The translations under genes were made by a program, and so were the position numbers. 64,000 nt of DNA, taken from positions 19,902,001-19,966,000 of the forward strand of contig OZ024760.1 in the NCBI GenBank assembly GCA_964016885.1, written 5' to 3'. This DNA comes from Eledone cirrhosa. Its lineage: Eukaryota. Each line of letters opens with the position of its first letter. Position 1 is the stretch's first letter. This document shows positions 40,199 to 53,873 of the stretch, in pieces. The notes beneath the pieces were generated by a model, which was not told the origin of the DNA, ran no database searches, and saw nothing but the letters and a program-made list of their open reading frames with translations.

Positions 40199-41757
40199 TG
40201 TATATATATACATAAACACACATAAACACACATATATACACATATATGTATATATACACATACATACACATATATATTATATGTTTACATATCTACATAT
40301 AGACACATACACTGTAATGTTATAGCATTACCATTATACATGTATATATATGTATGTATGTATGTATATATATATATACACCTCTGTGATGTCACAGCTG
40401 CTATTGTAGTATAGTAATTGGTGGTCCCAGGGAGTTGTGATGCAAAACCTCCTTTCTTGACTGTCTACAGATTACTGGAAAATATCTTCATTGGGGAACC
40501 TTAGAATATTACCGCTTCCACCTCTACTACCACTGCTACTACTACTCGTACTACTACTACCACTGCTACTATTACTCCTACTACCACTACTACCACTACT
40601 ACTACTACTGCTGCTACTCCTGCTGCTACCAATACCACTAACATCTTCAGCAACAACGCCACTAATACTACCACCAACACCCTACTACCACCACTACCAC
40701 CACCACCACCACTACTACCACCAACACCTTCACCAGCTCTACGACTACCACTAGAGATGGGGATGCTGCTGATCAGGAGAATAAGGAAAATGAGGAGGAA
40801 GATTGGTAAAGAAAGGAGAAGAATGTCAACGTTTGTAGTGATGATGATGATGCTGATGCTAAAGAAGACCTTGTTAATGATTCCCAAGAAGGTAGATGCT
40901 GGTAAAGGGGACTGTATTGAAAATTCTATAGGGGACAGTGAAGATCTTAATGAGGAGAAAATATTAGTGATGGTAGTGATGATGTTGATGATGATTGTCA
41001 ACAAAGATCCAAAGGTCCTTAATGAACTTTTGATACAGTAAAACGGGGTCAGTTAAGAAAGTAGAATGTGTTTAAGAGACACATTCACTGGGACAGACAT
41101 CCTATTTCTCTGGATGAGTGATAGGTAGCCACAAAAGTGGGAACTATCAGCCAATCCCCGAACAGGATTATTTCAAATATGATGCTGTATGTGCTTAACT
41201 GAGCAATATCACATAGTAATAAGGAACGGACATAGTAATAAGGAACGGACTGAAACACAGAACTTATGTATACTTGCAGATACAATATGGAAAACTGGTA
41301 CATATACATACATACATATATACACACACACATATATACACATACTCTGCTAAGAGTACTGCAACCGCTTGTCAGATTATAGAGTTTGGTGCACTTTTAG
41401 GCTATGGCCAGCCACATGAACCTGAAACAGATCCTAAACAAGCAATGCCTGTGCTTTGAACGTTTTTTTTAAGTAGGAAAAGGCCTTGTACTCGACCAAT
41501 CCCACTCTCTGAACATCGAAAACACTACCCGAAAACGGGAACTGGTCAACATCATCGGATGCTTCTGAAGCCACAGGTTTTTTGGGGTTTTTTTCAGAGT
41601 TTCCTTCTCCTAGAAAGGGGTTGTCACTCCCAGGTGAAAACAAAAGTACTATTTGGATGGCTGTTGACATACATGCATACATGCATACAAACATATGTAC
41701 TTACTGACTTGCAGATATCATGCATACAGGCAGACAAACAGTCAGACATATATATAT

Positions 41758-42210
41758 ATATTAATTCAAAATATTAACAAAATAGATATTCTTGTGATCA
41801 ATTATATTTTATTATACATATTTCAGAGGTACTGAATTAAGTTCAACAGTACGTCCTCATCAGATAAAATAAAATGATACATGACATACCCTGACATGGT
41901 TAGATGGTTAAGATTTAATCAAGGTAGTGATTTAATCAAGGTAGTGATCACTACCTTGATTAAATCTTAACCATCTACCATGTCAGGGTATGTCATGTAT
42001 CATTTTATTTTATCTGATGAGGACGTACTGTTGAACTTAATTCAGTACCTCTGAAATATGTATAATAAAATATAATTGATCACAAGAATATCTATTTTGT
42101 TAATATTTTGAATTAATATTAATAACTCTGGAAAATATGTAACTGTAGAGTGCTTCCAATCTACTGTAAAACTCATTCTTTGATGTATTCATTGAATCTT
42201 GTTTAACCCT

Positions 42211-42213
<3 letters not shown>
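41758..42213. mobile_element. Fold-back hammerhead element: palindrome 41758-42119 centred at 41947/41948, tail 42120-42213
   Basis: Near-perfect arms of about 170 bp with no loop (tgatca centre), flanked by (TA)n. Confidence 0.88.
42006..42072 (+). ncRNA. Type I hammerhead ribozyme motif
   Basis: tattttat-CTGATGA(42014-20)-gga.gtactg[..]cagtac.tct-GAAA(42053-56)-tatgt-ATA/ataaaata, with a perfect 8-bp stem I. A mirror copy lies on the minus strand at 41805-41871. Confidence 0.85.
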
Positions 42214-42260
<47 letters not shown>

Positions 42261-43183
42261 TACTCATGTGTACACAGATACCTACTGTCACATACATATA
42301 TACACATGCATAGAGACATATATATATAATATGTACACAGAAATATATCCATATATACAGTCCAACACATATGCAAATATGTATAGAAAATCACAGTTAC
42401 ATGCACATACATACTCACTCACACACATGCACATCACATGCATACATAGTCACATCTACCACACATACATACTCACACACACACACACACACATGCACAG
42501 ACACATACATAGACACATCTACCACACATACAAAATTTAGAAACTTCATTTCGGCTTTTAGCTTCTTATTTCATCATAAAACAAGGTTGTTAAGTCAACT
42601 GTTGCAATGTAGATTGGTGTTGTTGTTGATATTGGAGGTGGTGGTGGTGGTGGTGGTGGTGGTGTTGGAGGTGGTGTTGTTGATATTGGAGGTGGTGGTG
42701 GTGGTGGTGGTGGTGGTGGTGGTGGTGGTGGTGGAGGTGGTGTTGTTGATATTGGTGGTGGTGGTGGTGTTGTTGTTGATATTGGAGGTGGTGGTGGTGG
42801 TGGTGGTGGTGTTGATATTGGTGTTGGTGGTGGTGTTGTTGTTGATATTGGAGGTGGTGGTGGTGGTGGTGTTGTTGTTGATATTGGAGGTGGTGGTGGT
42901 GGTGGTGTTGTTGTTGATATTGGTGTTGGTGGTGGTGTTGATGGTGATGGTGGTGTTGGAGGCGGTGGTGGTGGAGGTGGTGTTGATGGTGGTGTTGGTG
43001 TTGATGGTGGTGGTGGTGTTGGAGGTGGTGTTGATGGTGGTGGTGGTGGTGGGTGTTGGTGGTGGTGGTGTTGATGGTGGTGGTGGTTGGTTGATAGTAA
43101 AGGTTAACCTACCACCACCACCACAAAACTATGAATATATCTATGTACCTAACTAGCCATCTATGTATGTCCATATATATATA

Positions 43184-43225
<42 letters not shown>

Positions 43226-43296
43226 GGTACTATGACATAACTTATGTATTTGCTAGCATTAGTGTACATCTGTACGCATATGTTGGTAAATATACT

Positions 43297-43382
<86 letters not shown>

Positions 43383-43383
43383 A

Positions 43384-43716
43384 GGAGGCACATGGCTTAG
43401 TGGTTAGAGCATTGGCCTTGCAATCGAAAGGTTGTGAGTTCAATTCTCAGATCAGGTGATGTGTTGTTTCCTTGAGCAAGACACTTTATTTCACATTGCT
43501 CCAGTTTACTCAGCTGTAGAAATGAGATGATAGGGACTGGGGTCCCTATCATTCCACTGCAAAGTGGTCGTGGAGGTGCCACGGCAAAAAAGCACCCAGC
43601 ACTCACTGTAAATGAGGTTGGTGTTAGGAAGGGCATCCAGCTGTAGAAATCAAGCCAGAATCAGTTCCCGTCCCACCCTTGCAAGCAGGGAAAAGTGGAT
43701 GTAAAATGAAATGATG
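43384..43716 (+). mobile_element. SINE family 2, full length
   Basis: A box tggcttagtgg, B box gagttcaattc, CORE-like ccttgagcaagacactt, a hairpin linker, and a tail matching the RTE 3' UTR (about 20600-20763) and RTE terminus (12915-12960). Confidence 0.9.
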
Positions 43717-44120
43717 TGTGTGTATCTATGTGTCTATGTATGTGTAGATGTACATATATGTACAGGTATATATATGTAGGGGTATGTCTATATATGTATA
43801 CTTATGGCAGTAATAAATGTCAGTTTGACAGCTTTAAATATTTCATGATATAATCACTGCCCAAAGTTAAATGTTTCTGTCCAAGACTCTTCTCCAAACA
43901 TTCTTCTCCCACAAGACTAACCATCCACCATTCCAAACACTTCCTTATCGCTATATATACTCTTAGCTGTCAATACATATGTATATATTTATATATTTAT
44001 ATACATATATATATATAGCGGCGATGAATTAGTTTTGTGAGTGTGTTCTGTTATTAATTCTGGCAATATTACACAAATATGACCCTCCCCAAGTATAACA
44101 ATATATATATATATATATAC

Positions 44121-44260
44121 ATAACGAAGGAAATGTGGTAAGGAACCAGGTGGACCATAACGCACCAAAGTACTCAATACTTAGGGTAGTAGAGTGGGTA
44201 ATAGGAACAAGTAAGACCCCGACGGCTGAGCTCAGCCGTCAGGGTCTTACTTGTTCCTAT
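44121..44260 (-). mobile_element. Half-hammerhead family fragment with a 30-bp-arm fold-back (44201-44260)
   Basis: Near-identical to 10818-10930. The hairpin is centred on gagctc. Confidence 0.6.
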
Positions 44261-45325
44261 ATATATACATATATTTATATATATAAAGAGAGAGTGGGGG
44301 AGGGAAAGGGGAAGTGAGATGTGATGGTATTCGTTCCGGCTCTCTGAGTTCAGTGTTCAAATCCCGGCGAGGTCTTTGTTTTATATATATACATTTATAT
44401 ATATATATATATATATATATACATTTATGTATATATATATATATACACACACACAGAGACGCATATATCTGAGTGTACATGTGTGTAATGTTGGGTTTGT
44501 CGACCTACAGTGTTATAAATAACCACAGACTTAATCTACAGACTGTTGCTGGTAGAGTGTTATATACTATATTTCTTGATCTCACTGGGACAGAGTTTCA
44601 TCTACACTGGTCAGATCATCAGGTGACATTCAGATAAACACTCCGTTATTTATACATGAGAACCTTCTTCTTTAGCTTCTTCTTCTTCTTTGCCCTCTTT
44701 TTCTTCTTCTTCTTCTTCTTCTTCTTCTTCTTCTTCTTCTTCTTCTTCTTCTTTTATTTTTTATTTTTATTTTTCTTATTCTTTTTATTTTTATTTTTAT
44801 TTTTATTTTTATTTTTATTCTTTTTCTTTTTATTTTTCTTCTTCTTCTTCTTCTTCTTCTTCTTCTTCTTCTTCTTCTTCTTCTTCTCTTTTTCTTCTTC
44901 TTATTCTTCTTTGCCTTCTTCTTCTTTATGTGTATGTGTTTGTGTGTGCAGGTATGTGTGTGTATGTGTATATGTGTGTGTGTGTGTATATATATATATG
45001 TATGTATGTGTATATATGTGTCCGTATATATATATGTATATTCTTCTTCTTTGCCTTCTTCTTCTTTGCCGCCTTCTTCTTCTTTGCCTTCTTCTTCCTT
45101 ATGTGTGTGTGTTTGTGTCTCTACATACATATATGTATATGTATGCATGTTTCTACCTGTCTCTCTCTATAAGTGTGTGTGTATATGTGTGTGTTTAAAT
45201 ACCTGTAATTTATATATGATTGTATTTAGACATGTATTCCACTGGTATATGTGGATATTGTGTGTGTTTGGCGGGGGAGGGTCTCATATGTGTGTTTATA
45301 TGTGTTTGTGTTTGTATATATGTGT

Positions 45326-45357
<32 letters not shown>

Positions 45358-45468
45358 ATATATATGTATGTATGTATGTATGTGTATATATGTGTCCGTA
45401 TATATATATATATATGTATGTGTCCGTATATATGTGTATATATATATGTGTGTATGTGTATATATGTA

Positions 45469-45499
<31 letters not shown>

Positions 45500-45537
45500 G
45501 TGGGTGTGTGTGTATATATATATATATATATGTGTGG

Positions 45538-45591
<54 letters not shown>

Positions 45592-45599
45592 GTGTGTCT

Positions 45600-46255
45600 T
45601 AAAATACCAGTTAAAAGAGTCTGGAATCAATGGTGTCCAATCTATTTAAATTAATGAGAATTCTTTATTTGAGAGTCTGTGTAGATGTCAGCGCGATCAC
45701 ATGATTCTAAATTCTATTGGAGTTTGAAATATTTCCAGCGAGAATTACTCAACACTTTGAAGAATTATTTAGCTTTGATTTCATTGTGAAAGCCATTGTT
45801 TTATGTCTGTGGTTGGTAGTTAGATCTTGCATGGGGTGGAGGAAGGCTGAGGACTGAGATAAGATAATTGACTAAGAAATAGAGAAAGCAGATATTTAAA
45901 ATTGTTTGATTAATTTTCAAGCCATCACCCTCTTCTAATCAGATCCTGTTGTTATGATGAAATAAGCTGTTTTGCGGATTGGTCCCATGAAAAACAGAGC
46001 AACACCTTCTGCTATTTTTACAAAGGACTTTCATGTCTAGGGAAGAAGGAAGGGTGTGGAGGATGAAACCTTCACCATTCTTATATCCTCAGATTGGAAA
46101 CAAAACTTTAAAAGAACTGCGTGTTGACCTTTTTATTGCCTGTGTGTTACCTGAGTCTCAGTCTAAAACATGGGCAACTTGCAGCCCGCGAAGCTTTCTG
46201 AATGGCTCGCCTATGTCACCTAAGTTAAAGCTCTCTGATTTTTTTTCAGTCATTA
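45600..46255 (-). pseudogene. Possible decayed LINE AP-endonuclease region
   Basis: Broken minus-strand frames give TETQV, EGVALF and VILAGN in the order expected for the APE motifs LTET, GGVA and GDFN. Many stops. Confidence 0.3.
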
Positions 46256-46261
46256 TTTTTC

Positions 46262-46400
46262 AGGGCGGTGGATTGGCAGTATCGGTAGAGTGTCGGACGC
46301 CGAGGTTGACTTTGCCTTTCATCTTTACGGGGTCGATAAAATAAAGTACCAGTAATGTACTGGGTAATTGCTGGCCTTGTGCCTAAAGTAGAAACGATTA
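46262..46400 (+). mobile_element. SINE family 1, internally deleted
   Basis: The head is joined directly to the Meta-like domain at cgcc. Confidence 0.8.
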
Positions 46401-46609
46401 TTTTTCAGTCATAATTTATCTTTCTATCAATTTTATGATCGAGGAAAACAACGTGTACAAATTCTGAAGAAACAAATCAAAACAACCTGAGTTACCACCC
46501 TTTTTTTAAATGTGGGCACGAATGTAAATTAGCGCTTGCAGCCTGCCTGATGATGAGCCATATCTCATGGGGCCCACTTCTCGAAAAAGGTTGCCCGTGC
46601 CTGGTGTAA

Positions 46610-46808
46610 AGTGTGTCTTAAGCCAGAAAGCTCATTAGGCCGGTGTTTATCCCGGTTTCATAGCGTGAAGCGACTGAGAGTACAAGACTCCCTCCTGGAC
46701 AGAATGCCAGTCCTTTGCAGGGTTAAACCCCCAGCTATTACTGGTATTCATTTTCAGCTGAGTATACTGGAGCAACGTGGAATGAAGTGTTTTGCTCAAG
46801 AACACAAT
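46610..46808 (-). mobile_element. CORE-like SINE with a different 3' tail
   Basis: ttcagctgagtatactggagcaacgtggaatgaagtgttttgctcaagaacacaa is shared with family 2, but the tail is unrelated. Confidence 0.6.
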
Positions 46809-47662
46809 GAAGGTGGTGGTAATGGAGGTGATGATAGTGATGATGGGGGTGAGAATGATGAAGTTAATGGTGGTGGTGGTGGTGGTGGTGGTGATGATGT
46901 TGACGGTGGTGGTGATGACGTTGATGAAGATGATGATGATGATAATGATGTTAATGGCGATGATGGTGATTGGGCAAAAATGACGTTGAACCATTCCACC
47001 GACTAAAACTAACAGTTTCTTTGGAAAGGTCTGAACATAATTTGTAATTAGATGATCCATTAAGGTTAACGAGTTTGATTAAGTTAGTAATAATTGAATT
47101 ACAATAGAACAATTCTATAGAATCTTCAGATAGTACTCTACAGTTCTATAGTCTTCAGATCTGATCACAGAAAATATTCTTCAAGAAAAGCAAACCTCCA
47201 ATATATAATAATAACAACAACTACAATAACTACTACAACTACAACTACAACCATAATAACAACTATGATTACTACTACTACTACTGCAATATATTTTTTT
47301 TAATCCAAACAAAAATCTATAATAAACGCTTCTGTTCCAGTTTTAGGTTCAATGGTGTTATCTCCCCCTTGTGTATTTGGTATTGTATACGTTATTGATG
47401 GAATTCAGAATCAATCAATACTGAATATTGAACAGTTGAACATTAAACATTAACTCTTTAGCATTTAAGCTGACCGTATCCATCCAGAATTCTATTACCT
47501 CTTTCTGTTCAAACCAGCTGTAACTGGCCACTCATACTTATGTTAAGGTATTGTTCTCAAATATAAATAATATCAAAATCTCATAGATTTGATATGTGAG
47601 GTAAAGCCTTTACCATGAAAATAAAAATAGTATATATAGAGTAAACCTTATTATAGTATAAA

Positions 47663-47992
47663 AAGGTGTGTCAAACATGTGGCCCTTTATAAGCACACCT
47701 GCGGCCCACAAAGGTTTTTACAGCACGAACATGTTTTATCTCCGTAATATAAAATTTAAAACGTTAGTTGTAATATGTGCAATTAGTTGCCATGTGTGGC
47801 CCTCAGACAACAAATATGTGACCCATGTGTGGCCCTCAGACAACAAATATGTGACCCATGTGTGGCCCTCAGACAACAAATATGTGACCCATGTGTGGCC
47901 CTCAGACAACAAATATGTGACCCATGTGTGGCCCCCAAACAACAAATATGTGTCCCATGTGGCCCTCAGGGACCCTCAGTTTGACATGCCTG
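47663..47992. mobile_element. hAT (Charlie-like) MITE with internal 33-bp tandem repeats
   Basis: TIRs aggtgtgtcaaac and gtttgacatgcctg. The unit ccatgtgtggccctcagacaacaaatatgtgac occurs about 5 times at 47789-47970. Confidence 0.7.
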
Positions 47993-48006
47993 GTACAGAT
48001 TATACT

Positions 48007-48192
48007 GGGGGATTGGCAGTATCGGTAGAGGGTCGGACACCATGCTTTGATGCATAGAGTTACGGCCCTTGCCAATCTGAGTTCAAATCCCGCCAAGGTT
48101 AACTTTGCCTTTTATCCTTACGGGGTCGATAAAATAAAGTACCAGTAATACACTGGGTAATTGCTGGCCCTGTGCCAAAAGTAGAAACAATT
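48007..48192 (+). mobile_element. SINE family 1
   Basis: Matches 12977-13166. Confidence 0.85.
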
Positions 48193-49114
48193 ATACTGGA
48201 AGAATTTTTTTTTAAATAGAAACACTCTGTTTGTGGTTTTGTTTCATAGGACCAGAGGTGATTTTGGCCAGGTTGGTAACGAAAGGGTTAAATATATTTG
48301 ATTAAAGTTCATCTAAAAGTGCAAATAATATTGAACTGTGGAAAGAATTGTTCTGGTGATCATTTATTGAATATTTTGGATAAAAATACCAAATATAAAA
48401 GATTCATTGAGTCGGAGAATTCTGTGAGGAGTCTTTAAATGGATTGTATGGTGGATTCCCTCCTTCTCCATTATAGATTAACTGGTTGGGTTCCACCTCT
48501 CTCTTTGTCTCTCTCTCTCCCTCTCTCTCCCTCTCTTTTTCTCTCTCAATCTAATGTTAAAGTTATTTATGAGGTTATTCAAATGGTCTTTGATCCTCCT
48601 GTCATGTGTGTGTGAGTGTGTGTATATATATATATTTGTATACATATATATATGTGTGTGTGTGTGTGTGTATATATGTGTGTGTGTGTGTGTGTGTATG
48701 TATGTGTTTGTGTATGTATATATATATATATATATTTGTATACATATATATATATATATATATATGTGTGTGTATGTATATGTATATATATGTTCAGATG
48801 GACCAACAAGTTCTGTAATGGCATCTCATCTGTCCGTGTGTCCTGTATGTGGGTGTCAGACCAAAGTTGTTGTTCCTAATTGTCCATTGTAGAGTGGAGA
48901 GCAGGAACTACACAATATATATTCTTGGAGAATAACTTTAGCGAAAAACTCTAAAATAATCCACAGATCAGTGGAAATAGTGGAAAATCAATAATATCAA
49001 ATCTTTGACAATTATCTCTAGACATTAAGTCGACATTTCCACAAACAATAAACACACAATAGACATTTTATTATTATTGCTTTTATTATTGTTTTTTTTT
49101 TTTTTTTTTCATGA

Positions 49115-49565
49115 AGGTGGTGGATTGGCAGTAAAATCGGTAGAGTGTGAGACACCATGTGTTGTGGTATATAGTTACGTCTCTTTAAATTCTGAGTTCA
49201 AATCCTGCCAAGATTAGCTTTGCTTTTATCCTCATGGGATCGATAAAACAAAGTACTGGAGTCAATTTAATTGACTTTCTTCTGCCCTAAAATTGCTGGC
49301 CTTGTGCCTAAATCAGAAACCATTATTATTATTATTTTTTATTTTTATCTTCATGGGGTTGGTGGATTGGCACAATCGGTAGAGCGTCAGACATGCCTCG
49401 CAGTATAGAATTTATGGCTCTTTAAGTTCTGAGTTCAAATTCTGTCAAGGTTAACTTTGCCTTTCATCCTTACGGGGTCAATAAAATAAAGTACCAGTAA
49501 TGCACTGGGATCGATATAGACTTTCTCCTAGCTCCAAAATTGTTGGCCTTAAGCCTAAAATCAGA
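49115..49565 (+). mobile_element. Two diverged SINE family 1 copies in tandem
   Basis: ggtggattggca..gagttcaaat..gataaaa..agtac occurs twice, followed by (ccaaa)-type pentamer repeats to about 49805. Confidence 0.75.
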
Positions 49566-49901
49566 CCAAACCATAACCAGACCAAACTAAACCACAACCA
49601 AACCATACCAAACTAGACCAAACCATAGCCATACCAAACTAAACCACAACCAAACCATACCAAACTAGACCAAACCATAGCCATACCATACTAAACCACA
49701 ACCAAACGATAACCATACCAAACCATAACCATACCAAATTAGACCAAACCAAACCAGACCAAACTAGACCAAACCATAACCATACCAAACTAAACTAGAC
49801 CAAACCCGGCCCTTGCCGAAACAACCATTATTATTATTGATGTTATTGAATTATTTGCAAAGAAACAGGATATTAGCGGACAAAATATTGTAAACAATAT
49901 A

Positions 49902-49934
<33 letters not shown>

Positions 49935-50239
49935 TTATACATATATATATTTATATATTTATATATATGTGTGTGGAGTGCCAATATAGATTATTATGTA
50001 TTGATATATTCTAACACTTGTTTTACAGCAGAAATATTGATATTGAATTGAGAATAGTCAATGTTGTTGTTGTTGCTGTTAAAGACAGACAGATAAAGCA
50101 AGGAGTTGGTGTAACTAGGAAGAGGAGTGGCGAGAGGGATATGCAAATAAACAGTTTTGTATGGGGGGAGGAGGAGGAGAAAGGAAGAGAGAGGAGGAGG
50201 TGATTAAGAAGGCAAGAAGAAGATGATAAAAGTTTATAG

Positions 50240-50610
50240 GCTGACCAAGATACTCTCATGGAATGACCAAATGAGGCTTATTTTTCAACATAGTCCCTGG
50301 AAAGAAACCATGCAGTTATTAATAAGATGGGTTTAAATTAATGCATGTAAGATTTCACAGCTCTAGCATCATTCCTTGACCAAGATACTCTCATGGAATG
50401 AGGTTATTTTTCAACATAGTCCCCCTTGCAGTCCACACACTTCTTCCATTGGTGATGCAGTGTTTGGACCCCATTGGTGAAGAACCTTTTATTGTGTTGG
50501 GGAGCAGATGATAATCAGATGGGGGCCAAATCAGGAGAATAGGACAGGGTGATCAACCAGTTCAAAACCACAGTCATACACAACAGCCATTGAAACGAAG
50601 GACTTGTGGT
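50240..50610 (-). pseudogene. Mariner transposase relic (C-terminus)
   Basis: Minus strand encodes PYSPDLA(P)/SDYHL (about 50505-50550) and GVQTLHHQWKKCVDCKGDYVEK* (about 50404-50475). Confidence 0.8.
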
Positions 50611-51578
50611 GAATCGGCTGAGTCATTAGAATGTCAGATAGAATAATTACAGTATCCGTTCCAGCTCTCAGCATGTTTTACATTGAAATCCCATCAAGGT
50701 CAACTTTATTTTTTATCATTTCGAGTTTGATAAAGAACCAGTCATCTCATGGAGATAGGGTTAATTTTGAGGAATTTACTGAAATTATTGGTTATTTCAT
50801 TACTAAGATAGTGATTAATATATAGTGACGAAAGGACTATGACTATATATAAACAACTATCTGGTTGTGGAACCAACCAACCAACCAGAAATTTATAAGT
50901 TTGTAGATTTGTAAATTTATAAATTTATAAATATATAATAAATTGAAGTGAAAGCAACTGGTGCGTGTGTTTCTTATTGGCAACATGACCCTCCCAAAGT
51001 ATAACAATATCGGTTTCAACAAACAAATTCAGATTAATATATAATTCTTATATAAAATTATGTTGGGTAATTTTTATTTAAACAAGGACCCTATAAAATG
51101 AAGATTTTGTTTTATAAAACCAGGGTTTGGGGATTTTTTTTTTTGGGGGGGGGGACTAGGTTGGAGATGAAAGGGTTAAATATATTTTATTAAAGTCCAT
51201 CTAAAAGTGCAAATAGTATTGAACTGTGGAAATATTTCTTCTAAATATCGTTTATTGAATATTTTGAATAAGAATGCCAAATATACAAGATGAATTCAGT
51301 TGGAGGGTTACAGTGATTGACTTTCTCAGTTCAGTTCTCCATTATCTCAACATTGTCTTTCATCCTTTTGAGGTCTTTGTAGACGTCTTCTTCTTTGCCT
51401 TCTCCTTCTTCTTCTTTGCCTTCTTCTTCTTTGCCTTCTTCTTCTTCGCGTCTTTATATAATGTGAGCGTGAGTGTATGAATATATACATATAAATAATG
51501 TGTGTGTATGTGGATGTATATATATATATATGTATATATATATATGTGTATATATATATGTGTATATATATATGTGTG

Positions 51579-51612
<34 letters not shown>

Positions 51613-51760
51613 TGTATATATATGTATATATATATATGTGTATATATATATATGTGTGTATATATATATGTATATATATATATATATGTATATATATGTA
51701 TATATATATATATGTGTATATATATATGTGTATATATATATATGTGTGTATATATATATG

Positions 51761-51795
<35 letters not shown>

Positions 51796-52477
51796 GTGTA
51801 TATATATGTATATATATATGTGTGTATATATATATATACATATATATATATATGTATATATATATATGTATATATATGTATATATACATATGTATTTATA
51901 TGTATATATATATATATCCACACACACATTATTTATATGTATATATATATGATGTGAGCATGAGTGTATAAATATGTGTGATGTGTGTGTATATATGTAG
52001 ATATATTACAATCAACCACGTCAACAGTATCAACAACAATAACATCAACCACAACAACATCAACAACAACCACAACAACATCAACCACAACAACCACAAC
52101 AACAACCACAACAACAACCACAACTACAATAACAACCACAACAACAACCACAACAACAATAACATCAACCACAACAACCATAACCACAACAACAACCACA
52201 ACAATCAAAGTGTGTCGTTGCTATTCTTAAACTCGTCAATCTATTTTTGTTAAAATGGAAATAAGAAAATAAATCTCCGTGAATCTGACCTTCAGTTGTA
52301 TAATACGTCTGCTGCTATTTATGGCATACCTCTCTCTCTCTCAACATCTATATATATATACCTTGTGTGATGATATATATATGCATCCCAACATGTATAT
52401 ATATATGAGTCTGTATATGTGTGTGTGTGTGTGTATATATATATATGTATATAATTATATACATATATATATATATA

Positions 52478-52517
<40 letters not shown>

Positions 52518-52543
52518 TCCCAACATGTATATATATGAGTCTG

Positions 52544-52601
<58 letters not shown>

Positions 52602-52624
52602 CACACACATACATATATACCTCC

Positions 52625-52660
<36 letters not shown>

Positions 52661-52735
52661 GTACATATATATGTGTGTATATATATATATATATATACAC
52701 ACACACATATACATATATACCTACACACGTATACC

Positions 52736-52803
<68 letters not shown>

Positions 52804-52821
52804 TATATACCTACATCTACC

Positions 52822-52889
<68 letters not shown>

Positions 52890-53426
52890 TATATACCTAC
52901 ATACATATACCTACATATATATATATATATATCACCAAACGAATTGAAAATCCTGAAATAACTGGCAAAAGGTTGTAAATCTCTCACCCTATGGATTATA
53001 TTGATGAATTGGCTCTAAATAAATACTTTGAAATGACTCAGGAAATGTTTTAGAAATCAAATAATTGTTTGGGTTTTTTTAAGGAAATTTTTACAAGAAC
53101 CCCCCCCCCCCCCCCACCTCTCCATCTTTCCCTCCCCGTCAAAATAATCATGAATGATTTTAATAACAAATGTTATTATTAAAATAACAAATATTTATTC
53201 TACGTAGGCATGTAGCTAAACATTTCTTTTTATGTTAACGGAAATTTTACCCTGCCCCTTACCTCATCCAAAAAAAAAATTATTAATTATTATTTTTGTT
53301 ATAGAATTGCTAAAGAGCGGGACAAAATGGTGAGCAGTGTGCTACCCTGGCCTTTAGGTTCTGAGTTCAAATTCCACCAAGGTCAACTCTGCTTTTTATC
53401 CTTCTAAGTGGCTGGATATGGTCGGT

Positions 53427-53873
53427 TTAACCGTTTAGTATTTACATTACTCTATATGTACTATTGTATTTTTGTGGTAAATTATCTCACATAATATTTT
53501 TGTGGTAAATTATCTCACATAATATCTCACACAACATCGAGTCGATGAGAGTTTAATATTATTTATTTTGAGAACAATACCTTAACATAAGTATGAGTGG
53601 ACTGTTACGGCTGGTTTGAACAGAAAGAGGTGAGAGAATTATGGCCAGATATAGCTGGTTTACCTCTTTACCATTTACATTACTCTATATATACTATTAT
53701 ATTTTCATGGTAAAGACTATCTCACATAATATCGAATCTATGAGATTTTGATATTATTTATTTTGAGAACAATAGCTTAACATAAGTATGAGTGGGCTGT
53801 TACAGCAGGTTTGAACAGAAAGAGGTGAGAGAATCCTGGCCAGATATGGTTGGTTTAAATGCTAAAGGGTTAA
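53427..53873 (+). mobile_element. TTAA MITE, tandem dimer
   Basis: ttaaccgtttagtatttacattactc...taaatgctaaagggttaa, with the internal body present twice. Confidence 0.75.

Noticed and set aside
40757-41041. 94-aa ORF with an acidic alternative frame
   Set aside because: Low complexity, stops in the acidic frame, and no recognisable homology.
43384-43455. tRNA gene
   Set aside because: The A and B boxes are the head of a multi-copy SINE, with no complete acceptor stem.
46545-46603. CTGATGA...GAAA spacing resembling a hammerhead
   Set aside because: No stem I, stem III or NUH. The segment ends in aaaaggttgcccgtgcctg, which is better explained as a hAT-type TIR.
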